Source of the DNA: Candidatus Bathyarchaeota archaeon
GTDB taxonomy: Archaea; Thermoproteota; Bathyarchaeia; Bathyarchaeales; DTEX01
Direction of reading: 5' to 3'
NCBI GenBank assembly: GCA_963714275.1
Contig: CAVQNT010000007.1
Span: 96,001-160,000, forward strand
Length of the DNA: 64,000 nt
The notes under the pieces are model-generated. The model did no database searches. It was not told the DNA's origin and saw nothing but the letters and a program-made list of their open reading frames with translations. Below, piece after piece: positions 46,444-54,723 of this stretch (position 1 is the first letter of the stretch; each line of letters starts with the position of its first letter). The position numbers were made by a program, and so were the translations under genes.

Positions 46444-47114
46444 TTGAAGGATGTGCTAATGAAAAAAAGAGTGTTACTGAACCTTGTAAGTGTGGCAGCT
46501 ATCTCAGTTATCTCTGCTATAATTTTGTGGGATATCCTGTTCTTACAGAGAAGCCTGGGACAAATTGGACTATTCAGCATCTTTTTTGTCTCAATGATTA
46601 GCCACATGACAATCGTGGCTAGAGATATGTTTTTGCCTTTGTTTCTATCACTCAAGCTGGAGTACAATCCTATTCTTCTCGGAATACTTGCTGGTTGGGG
46701 AGGAGCATTAGGTGATGTTTCTTCCTATTTTCTGGGCTGGGGAATTGGTGAGTCCATACGAAATGAGCAAGGAGGAGGCAAAATCATCTGACTCGATGGA
46801 TAAAACAACATGGTCTGTGGGCGGTCTTATTGTTCGCTGTAACTCCATTGCCTGACACGCCGATTCTTATTCTCGCGGGATCAAGCCAACTTCCATTCAA
46901 GAAGCTACTACTCGTCGAGGGCATAGGTAAAACCGCATTATACAGCCTAGGGGGATTTGTGGGCAGTTTTATAATGGAGGATTTCAGTGGCACAATTGGA
47001 AGTTTGTATTCCTCCATTGCCATAGTTGTTTTATCAATAATATTCTGCATCCTAATCACATGGAACAGAAGTAGGAAGGCTCTTTTCGGCTGGCTCGAGA
47101 AGTTTATACACTAA
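46444..47114 (+). CDS. VTT/DedA (SNARE-associated) membrane protein, frameshifted
   Basis: GGALGD..SYFLG, FAVTPLPD and GIGK motifs. Confidence 0.8.
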
Positions 47115-47191
47115 CTGCAGCAAGTAGCAACTATTCTAGGAATCCACATTTCTCGTCCGACTCTTAGATACTTTGCAAATAGTAAGACTTC
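47111..47191 (-). pseudogene. cas1 3'-end remnant
   Basis: Translates EVLLFAKYLRVGREMWIPRIVATCCS*; lies 17 bp outside the intact element. Confidence 0.82.
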
Positions 47192-47208
47192 AGAGGGCTC
47201 GCGAGAAA

Positions 47209-47280
47209 GATTAAAATTTAATCCCCAAACCCAAACCCAAACCCAAACCCAAACTACCTCACTCTACCTCACTCTCTCTC
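47209..47280 (+). repeat. Left end: 15-bp palindrome, (CCCAAA)5 and CTCACTCTACCTCA
   Basis: Read directly; inverted match to 51562-51639. Confidence 0.9.
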
Positions 47281-47359
47281 TAGTAATACCTAAAGAAACC
47301 AAGAAACCAACAAACAATCAAACAAACGAACAAACAAACAGAACAAAAACAAATAAAAA

Positions 47360-48183
47360 TTACTCTGAGCAGTCGGTAAGTGAAGGTAGATTGGGCAATT
47401 TACTACTAACCCAATCATGGAGAGTTTGGCATGCCTTCGGTCTATCTATGGATCCTTTCGAGTCCATCCATTCTTTCCAAACATCATAGAACTCTTTCAT
47501 CTCCTTCAATAGGGGGTCAACCTTTTTATCAACTAATATATCCTTCTTAAGATCTGAAAAGCTGTTGTAGTTTCTCTCTCTAACCCAATGACTTAGGTAG
47601 ACGAGTCTACTAGTTATGTACATCATCATGTCTTGGCAAAGCCCTGCTGTACCTTCAAGGCTTTTCTTCCAGTCAGGATCTCCAAGCCATTGTTGGGCTC
47701 GTGCGTAGTCAGTAACGTCCTGAGCAAATAGACTCCATGTGTAGAATATGTTAACAACGCTATTGTAGAGTCTTAGCTCCTTGTCAAAGAACATAAGACT
47801 TATGAAGATATGGCGTAGCCAAGCTGTAGTCATATCCCACAAGAATCTCTGACCAATTTGTTCTTGCTTACGCTATCAATGAATTCTTTAATATTACTCC
47901 TGTGCAGTTCCAGATTCCTCAAAATATAGCCGATTGTGGTAGTACATGTCAGACCATATCTCGAGATATCGCTATTTATTGCGTCTATTCCTTGATCGAG
48001 ATATACCATCTCAATATTCCTATTGATCTCTGACCTTCGTTGCAGTCTGAATTGGTACCAAGTGATTATTATACTTCCTATTATGCCGCTTCCAAAGAGA
48101 AGTGTGAGAATGATATTCCAATCCAAATCCATGAATAAAAGATAACCGACAATGTATTTAATCTTTAACAAGGCTGATTTCAT
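47360..48183 (-). CDS. Cargo protein with an N-terminal transmembrane segment; ORFs 47830-48183 and 47360-47842 are probably one frameshifted gene
   Basis: Overlapping co-oriented ORFs immediately downstream of cas1. Confidence 0.5.
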
Positions 48184-48189
48184 AATAGT

Positions 48190-49224
48190 TCAAGTGACTG
48201 CGATTCTTGGTGCCCAAGTTTCCCGTTCTCCTCTAAGGTATTTAGCGAAAATTAAGGCTTCTTCGTTAATCAATGTTTCAAGGGTTTGTCTTTGACCGTG
48301 TTTGATTCTGGGAATTTCAACCTTAGACTCAAAAAAGAGGTTAAGCTTCCTCATCAAGTCTGAAGTCTTGGAATCGTTCAAGTATTCTCTTTTGCCCTTC
48401 TTAATCCTTGAAAGCCTTTCAGTCTTAACCGTGAAGTCTTTAACCTTGAGATTTTGGCAATATTGAACCAAAAAATCATCGATTAGATAACGATAGAGTT
48501 CTTGAAAATCGCATACTAAACTGGGCTTTCCGAACTGAATTGAATGCAAAAAGCCTAAGTAAGGTTCAAGCTTCGCCTTTATTATGGCTCTGTGAATCTT
48601 CCACTTTAAGACTTCATAGGCAAGATTGAAAGTGTTGTTCATGCCATCATAGGCTAAAAATGTCTCCCTAGAATGAGGTCTAACCTTTTCTGGAAACAGC
48701 ATGAAAATTCTACGAAAGTAAGCCCTAGAGTATTTGGCTTCAAAAGCTGACAGTCTCATCCTAATATGGTCTAGACTTTCTGACTCAATTCCTTCAATCT
48801 CATGTTTAAAACCCAAATTATGCGGTTCTAAACCATACTTTTCTAAGACTTTGTTCTGTCCCTCAATCTTGCATTGAACGAACTGTTTAGCGATACCGAT
48901 TCCCTTCCCGTTCTGCAAAGCTTCATACTGACATACTCTGGTTTTGACGTGGGAATCGTCTTCTAGGCTTCTCAACATCGCAACAGGTCTTCCTCTCTGA
49001 GTCAAGATTAAGACATCTATGTCCCAGAATCCTAGAGACGCTAAAGCTCCTGTGGAAACAGAGTTACCGCTTTTTAGAATGACTTCTCCTATTTCTTGTT
49101 CAAACAATGGATACCTGTCAACATTGTCATTTTTGTCCTTAACTACGAAACAGCCTTTCTCCATGCCTAAATACGAGCCTTGACCGTCAAGAACAAGTTT
49201 TAAGACTTTAGAACCTTGAACCAT
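48190..49224 (-). CDS. cas1: Solo Cas1 integrase (casposase-like)
   Basis: FEAKYSRAYF (E), NNTFNLAYEVL, LEPYLGFLH (H) and SLVCDFQELYR (D/E); the catalytic set appears intact. Confidence 0.93.
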   Translation of the reverse strand: MVQGSKVLKLVLDGQGSYLGMEKGCFVVKDKNDNVDRYPLFEQEIGEVILKSGNSVSTGALASLGFWDIDVLILTQRGRPVAMLRSLEDDSHVKTRVCQYEALQNGKGIGIAKQFVQCKIEGQNKVLEKYGLEPHNLGFKHEIEGIESESLDHIRMRLSAFEAKYSRAYFRRIFMLFPEKVRPHSRETFLAYDGMNNTFNLAYEVLKWKIHRAIIKAKLEPYLGFLHSIQFGKPSLVCDFQELYRYLIDDFLVQYCQNLKVKDFTVKTERLSRIKKGKREYLNDSKTSDLMRKLNLFFESKVEIPRIKHGQRQTLETLINEEALIFAKYLRGERETWAPRIAVT

Positions 49225-49308
49225 TATTTCACTCTCTTTTCATCACATTATCATTACGCAAGATAGATATATAAGAATTGTGATGATAAAGTAATGAGGA
49301 TGTAGTGA

Positions 49309-49470
49309 ATGATACGAAGTCTTAAATTAAAAAGAACACTTTCAGAATCAGGTAGAACTTTAGTTCTCAGAATACCTAAAGACATTGAAAGGTCTCTTTT
49401 GCTTAAGCTTGGAAACGAAGTCTACATATGGGTTGAAAATGGAAAAATTATCGTAGAACCTATAAGTTAA
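49309..49470 (+). CDS. AbrB/MazE/SpoVT-family regulator (53 aa, not in ORF track)
   Basis: SGRTLVLRIPKDIERSLLLKLGNEVYIWVENGKIIVEP; divergent from cas1. Confidence 0.8.
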   Translation: MIRSLKLKRTLSESGRTLVLRIPKDIERSLLLKLGNEVYIWVENGKIIVEPIS

Positions 49471-49907
49471 GTCTTTCACTTAGCAAATTTAAGACTTCAG
49501 CTCGTCAACCCCATAGAAGTGAACTCCTCACTCCTCAGCCTTCTTCCTTCCATACTCAATGGCTTCGTTGATAGTTTCACATTCATACAGTTCAGAGCTG
49601 AAAAACGAGAAACGGTAAATACCTTCTTGTTTCTTCTCTGTAACTTCATATTTAACCTTAAATTTCCTCACTTTTTCACCTCACTTTGTGGCGGTTCAAA
49701 GACCAAAGTGTAAGCCTTTTTCCCTTCAAGCACCTCTTTGACTTCGTCAATTTTCACGAAATATCGAACGTGTTTTATGACTACAGAGAGCTTCAAACTG
49801 TTCTTGGTTAAACTGACATAGCCACAGTCTTTCCAAACCATAACCCTTTCACCTCTCGAATACTGTCTTTTTTATCCTTCAAGTAAGCATTGATACGTTT
49901 CAAATTG

Positions 49908-50351
49908 TCAAACTCGAGACTTTTGAGTTTCAAGGTACTCTTTGACTTGTCCATCTTGCTTTCCATACCCGAAAACAACTCGTGGAGGAGGCTTCTTTCC
50001 TTTGCTTAGACACCTTACGGTTGAAGTTGTCTTAAGTCCCTGCATCAAGACATAGTTTTTTAAAGGTTCAATGTTTGACAGTCTCGCAACCCAGTCCATG
50101 ATTTTAACGTTTGTTTCCCATCTTACTCTGCGGTTGAAAATTACCGAAAAATTTCTCGAAATGTATCCATGTACCAGTTTGTGCCGAATTCTAATTAGAT
50201 GTTCTCGACTGCTTGACTCCAAAATTACGAATCCGTTCTGGTGATGGTACTTGCACACCATAAAAGCCCAAAATTTCACGATTGACAATGAAGTATTATC
50301 TATGTCTAGGCGAACTGTGTCGTTGCTCCAGTCTCCCCAATAAGGACTCAT
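49908..50351 (-). CDS. Hypothetical protein, possibly a minimal AEP primase-polymerase-like fold
   Basis: VRLDID (DxD), FVILESS..H and STVR...KPPPRVV; weak motif-level resemblance only. Confidence 0.35.
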   Translation of the reverse strand: MSPYWGDWSNDTVRLDIDNTSLSIVKFWAFMVCKYHHQNGFVILESSSREHLIRIRHKLVHGYISRNFSVIFNRRVRWETNVKIMDWVARLSNIEPLKNYVLMQGLKTTSTVRCLSKGKKPPPRVVFGYGKQDGQVKEYLETQKSRV

Positions 50352-50828
50352 TTAGGATTCGACCTCTTTCTGATCCCATGTTTTTTCCATATCGAGATAT
50401 TTGTCTGGGTTTCCCGTGATGTTCGTGGCTTTGATTGTTAGGAATTGCTTCTTAGGTGGATGTTGGCTAGCAAGCATCATGGCTTTGTATAGTTCACGTC
50501 CAGAACCATGCATCTGGATTCTTTTTGATTCTCCGTCCACTTTGCCATAAACTGCAACATGTTTGCCTCTGGGAGCTCTTCTTCTTACAACTTTAGTGGG
50601 TTTTCTGGGTTTTTTCCTATACTTGGTCGGAGTGTATTTTGATGGCTCAGATTTGGGTTTCCGTCCCTTAAATTCCCGCACATAGCCTAAGAGCTTCTGC
50701 CTCTTCATGCCCATGTGATGAGCTTGAAGGTCTCGTTGAATAGCGTTTGCACTCATGCCTTTCGCTGAGTCAGCCTTGATTCGGTCAACCTGCTCTTTAG
50801 ATGCTCCCCCTTTCTTAGGCATAGTCAA
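50352..50828 (-). CDS. Highly basic hypothetical protein with an HTH-like N-terminus
   Basis: KGMSANAIQRDL; K/R-rich linker. Confidence 0.55.
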   Translation of the reverse strand: MTMPKKGGASKEQVDRIKADSAKGMSANAIQRDLQAHHMGMKRQKLLGYVREFKGRKPKSEPSKYTPTKYRKKPRKPTKVVRRRAPRGKHVAVYGKVDGESKRIQMHGSGRELYKAMMLASQHPPKKQFLTIKATNITGNPDKYLDMEKTWDQKEVES

Positions 50829-51155
50829 AAGCCCTTCTCAAGTTCTATCAGCTCATGCGCTACTCGGAGATAATCCTCAATCGTAGAACGCTTAAAATAC
50901 AGTCCTAGAGATGTTGCTATTTGGTTCTCGGGAATTCCACTCTGCAAAAGTTGTTTGACTTTGTCGATATTGTATTTTCGTCTTGATGAGCCTTCGCCTT
51001 TGCTCCATTGGTCTAAAAATTGATTATTAAGGAGCTTTGCTGATTCTGGAAGAGTCTTTTTTGAATTCTGTATCTAAGTCTTTTTTAGGCTTCTTTTTTT
51101 CTTTTAGACTTTTTTCTATGTCCTTCAGTTCTTCTACGGTTGATTTTTCAGTCAC
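50825..51155 (-). CDS. HTH protein, frameshifted
   Basis: GTG start overlaps the upstream stop; KVKQLLQSGIPENQIATSLGLYFKRSTIEDYL. Confidence 0.5.
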
Positions 51156-51367
51156 TGTTTAGTCTCCTTTTCAATTTCGATTTGATGTTTTAGGTGCTGA
51201 AGCAGAATTTCCAGAGAACGCTTGACTTGTGTTGTCGTTAATTTTGGATTGTAGAGGACGACGGCGAAAGCATTAGGAAGAGCCTTTGGGCTTTCGCCTA
51301 GAATGTTAATGAAGTCTTGAGGGATGTACATACTGTTTTCTTTGTTTATGCTCATTTGTCTGTCCAT
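51152..51367 (-). CDS. AbrB-like small regulator
   Basis: INKENSMYIPQDF..ILG pattern; first gene of the operon. Confidence 0.5.
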   Translation of the reverse strand: MDRQMSINKENSMYIPQDFINILGESPKALPNAFAVVLYNPKLTTTQVKRSLEILLQHLKHQIEIEKETKQ

Positions 51368-51420
51368 ATCATTTCACTATGAAAATCTGAGGATTTGGAT
51401 AAGTATATAAAACTTATGCT

Positions 51421-51470
51421 TCAATTTATATCAAATTGATATAGATTTGTTTCAATTTACTATAAATTGA
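51421..51470. promoter_or_regulatory. Two tandem palindromic operators upstream of the element operon
   Basis: TCAATTTATATCAAATTGA (51421-51439) and TCAATTTACTATAAATTGA (51452-51470), each followed by TATAG. Confidence 0.65.
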
Positions 51471-51561
51471 TATAGGTTTATTTCTCTGTTCTGACTGTGT
51501 GTGGTGCGTATCTTTCTCTGTTTGTCTGTCTGACTGACTGTTCGTCTGACTGACTATCCTC

Positions 51562-51639
51562 TGAGAGAGAGGGAGAGAGAGGTTGAGGTAGAGTGAGTTA
51601 GAGAGTTTGGGTTTGGGTTTGGGGGATTAAAATTTAATC
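51562..51639 (+). repeat. Right end: TGAGGTAGAGTGAG, (TTTGGG)3 and the 15-bp palindrome
   Basis: Read directly; inverted match to the left end. Confidence 0.9.
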
Positions 51640-51941
51640 TTCTTCTCAGGTCTATTTGTTGCTTCGAGAACTAGGCGTCCTCGCCACCCACATTTTCTGC
51701 ATTCAAACTTGGGAGAAGTTAGAAACCTGTGAGCCAGCATGTCTCCATTCATGGTTCCAACTCTCTTAACCTGAGGACTTTTGCATCTAGGACAGATTTG
51801 GATATCAACATACTTTCCCTGTTTCCTCAATTTCTCCAATGTTTCTAACAATTTAGAAATATTTTGGCTTTCACTATCCTCTGTACAAGCAACAGGCTGT
51901 CGCTTCCCCTTCTTTTCCTCTTTCATTTCTTTATCGCTCAT
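51627..51941 (-). CDS. Zn-ribbon protein whose stop codon lies inside the palindrome
   Basis: CPRCKS...ECRKCGW. Confidence 0.65.
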   Translation of the reverse strand: MSDKEMKEEKKGKRQPVACTEDSESQNISKLLETLEKLRKQGKYVDIQICPRCKSPQVKRVGTMNGDMLAHRFLTSPKFECRKCGWRGRLVLEATNRPEKKIKF

Positions 51942-52066
51942 ATACTAAAACCTCTCTAGCATCATAAAATCCTTTTTAAGTTCATTCTTAACAATCTAAG
52001 CTAAGAACTTGACCTTATCCTGATCTCCACGCATTTCAATAATTTTGTGAGATTTTTAAAGCGATG

Positions 52067-53333
52067 TTATGATTTTTGCTTCACAAATCGAACTTTCTCT
52101 GGTTCCTCACGCATCAATGAGTTTATGGCATTCTCTAAATCTTTCTTCAATGTTGTAAAATCTTTAGTGAGTTTTTCATTGCGTTTTTCTTGAGTTTCCA
52201 GTTTGGTTTGTAATGCCGTTATGTTTTTGTACATCTGTGCCATTTGTTCGGTTACTTCGCTGGGGATTACTGTTTTCTCTACAATCTGCTTTTCTTCGGG
52301 AGTTAAATAGTGTTCTATACTTTGGTATATTTGACGCAATTCCTCTTTTCTTGATTGTCCCTGAAAATAACTTTCTTCCTGTCCCTCTAATTTATGCCCC
52401 ATCATCCAATAAACAACATTACTATTAACATTCTTTCCTTGAAGCACACTATCAAAAAACTTCCTGAAGCAATGTGAACGTATGCGTCCATGTTTACCAT
52501 TCAATTCTAATTGCGCTCGCTTTGCTAATTCCTTATGCATAGCTGTCCATTGAACAGACTGAAAGCGCTGTGTTGTCCCCACCTTGTCCTTGAAAGACAT
52601 ATTGATTTCTGACCGCTTCAATACCATCTCTTTCAATTCGATACCTCAAATCAATGCTCAGCAGTCTAATTCCAAAGGCACCTAAGAATGTGTAACGCTC
52701 TCCTATCTCCCGACCCATAGTTTTCTCTGGCATATATTCAATGCACATTGGAGTTTTCTTGGCTCCTAAATTCTCTAAGTCATATTCGGTTAGGTCGGAC
52801 ACCTTAAACCTCTGCGCATCTCCAACCCTCATGCCCGTTTGAGCAAGCCACACTGTCCTAAGTTTCTCTTTATAGTCTCCCGCATCTACTAAAGCCTTAA
52901 AATCGCTTTCGGATAACGCCACATCCTTGTATTTCCGCTCTTTGCTTTTCCGATATGTAGTGTCTGCTTTTGTCAGTCTCAGTCCAATGTATGAATAGAA
53001 CGACTTGATAATCATCCTTGCAGTGTTGATTGTGCCCGAAGCCAATTCTGACTCAAGGTCAATGAACGTTTTTTGAAATTCTCGCTCACCACTCTTCCGC
53101 CTCAATAGTGCCTCAGACGGTGTCTCTCCTTCCTTTGGTTTGTAGTCGTTAGTCCGTTCTTCTAAAAGCTGTTTTGGAGATTTACCGACTCGCTCACAAT
53201 ATTGAGCCAAATAGATTAGGTAGAGGTCCTTGGTTTTAGTTGATTTTCCTGATAACCATTGCTCCACTAACCTTTTAGTTTCCTCATCATATTGTGCCAA
53301 TATGTCCTTTGTTTTTGTTTTCTTTCCCGTCAT
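52067..53333 (-). CDS. Tyrosine recombinase/integrase, frameshifted near 52570
   Basis: QTGMRVGD, SHCFRKFF, MMGH and SYF motifs. Confidence 0.9.
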
Positions 53334-53542
53334 TCCTTTCCTATCTCTTTCTGATTTGTTATCCTATCCTCCTCAATTTTATTATCTCGTTGGAGATATT
53401 TAAATATATTTATTACTTTTCTTATCTTTATAAATATAAATATTTCTGAAAATCGCAACGAAAACCGTGTTAAAATGGGTTTTTGCGTCAGTCTTGCGTA
53501 AGATTTAATATGGCTTTCTCGTATCCAATTTAGGAATCTGGG

Positions 53543-54205
53543 TTGCCTGACAAGAATCTGGAACTGAAAGACACTATGATCCTGTTTGACAGGGATTTAG
53601 GAGTGTCCATCTTCCAGAACTTTAAAGGCTACAACGACCTTGCGGATGACGCTGAATGGCTGCTGGAGAGAACCTCGCAGAAGTCCAGGGGATTCATCAT
53701 TCGCCCAGTACGAAAAGAAAATCACGATGGCCTATGGATAGGCGAATACGACTACAGGGGAAACCAAATTAACCGTCAAGAGTTCCTCTTTGATTCTGAA
53801 GCCTCAACCTTATGTTTGATGATAAAGAATTATGTTCTGCACAAGGTTTCAGAAAAGAGGCTTCTGGAAAAACTCAGCATCGAGGGTCTCAGAAAAACGC
53901 TGAAAAGCACGATTGTCCAGGACTTCAGGTTCTATGTCTGTCCCGCCAACCGCTTTTACCGCTCATGTGTTCAGGTCGACAAAATTTTTGATGAGCTCGT
54001 AAAGAAATACGGCAAAGGCAAAAAGGTTCACTACTCCGACGTGGCAAAAGAAATCGAGAAAGCAAAGCCTTGCGAAGATGTCGTTGTGTGTCCGCTTGTG
54101 GTCCCAAACCTTTTTGAAAGGGTCCTGAACCTCAACAACGCGCTTAGAATCAGAAAACTTGGAGAAATCAGGTTCACAAGCTCGGATAATGTGGAAATAT
54201 TGTAA
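53543..54205 (+). CDS. Hypothetical protein
   Basis: Uninterrupted 220-aa ORF with host-like composition. Confidence 0.65.
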   Translation: MPDKNLELKDTMILFDRDLGVSIFQNFKGYNDLADDAEWLLERTSQKSRGFIIRPVRKENHDGLWIGEYDYRGNQINRQEFLFDSEASTLCLMIKNYVLHKVSEKRLLEKLSIEGLRKTLKSTIVQDFRFYVCPANRFYRSCVQVDKIFDELVKKYGKGKKVHYSDVAKEIEKAKPCEDVVVCPLVVPNLFERVLNLNNALRIRKLGEIRFTSSDNVEIL

Positions 54206-54223
54206 GAAGGCAGAATTATATAA

Positions 54224-54709
54224 TCATTTTTGGGTTTCAGGTTTCACTAAAGCCTTCGCATCCAACAGTTTTCGGTTAATTTTTAGCCAGTGGCTGCCAT
54301 GCCAGTAGATTTTCCCACAATCGATGCATTTCCAGAAGTCGTTGTGGAGACGCGACGTAGCCTGCGGAACCTTGTCATTGATCTCGTCCTTCGGAACTGG
54401 TTCTAGCCCAGCGTTGCATTTTGGGCATCTTGAATTGGTAGCGTCTATTTCGAGTTTTATGCAAAACTGTTGCGTAACTTCAGCGAGCTTTTCAGTTTCC
54501 GTTCGACTTCTAACGAGATACGCTTGAATACCGTTTATTATTGCCCGCCTGTAAAGTTGAACATCACGCGTCAAAAGGATACGGTTTTCTTCTGCTGCAA
54601 TTTTGATTAGTTCATCATCATTCAAGTCATTCTGGTATTTCACGTCGCAGCCCAGCATTCTCAGCCAACGGGTCAGCTTTCCGAGCATACCGTCCGCCAA
54701 AAAATTCAA
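54224..54709 (-). CDS. Mut7-C RNase domain protein (DUF82)
   Basis: FLADGMLGKLTRWLRMLG, ILLTRD, RCPKCN and C..CGKIYW.GSH motifs. Confidence 0.92.
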   Translation of the reverse strand: MNFLADGMLGKLTRWLRMLGCDVKYQNDLNDDELIKIAAEENRILLTRDVQLYRRAIINGIQAYLVRSRTETEKLAEVTQQFCIKLEIDATNSRCPKCNAGLEPVPKDEINDKVPQATSRLHNDFWKCIDCGKIYWHGSHWLKINRKLLDAKALVKPETQK

Positions 54710-54723
54710 TGTGACGCCGTCCT

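Larger units (their letters stand above)
47209..51639. mobile_element. Solo-Cas1 (casposon-like) element without PolB
   Basis: Intact cas1; inverted terminal repeats; identical 15-bp GATTAAAATTTAATC at 47209-47223 and 51625-51639. Confidence 0.8.
25000..53450. mobile_element. Mosaic genomic island (boundaries approximate)
   Basis: No core genes apart from a SecE-like copy; AT-rich patches, gene fragments, repeated Cas1-element ends and an integrase at the right edge; att sites not found. Confidence 0.6.

Noticed and set aside
47200-51700. CRISPR-Cas locus around cas1
   Set aside because: No regularly spaced repeat-spacer array and no cas2, cas4 or effector genes are visible anywhere in the window.
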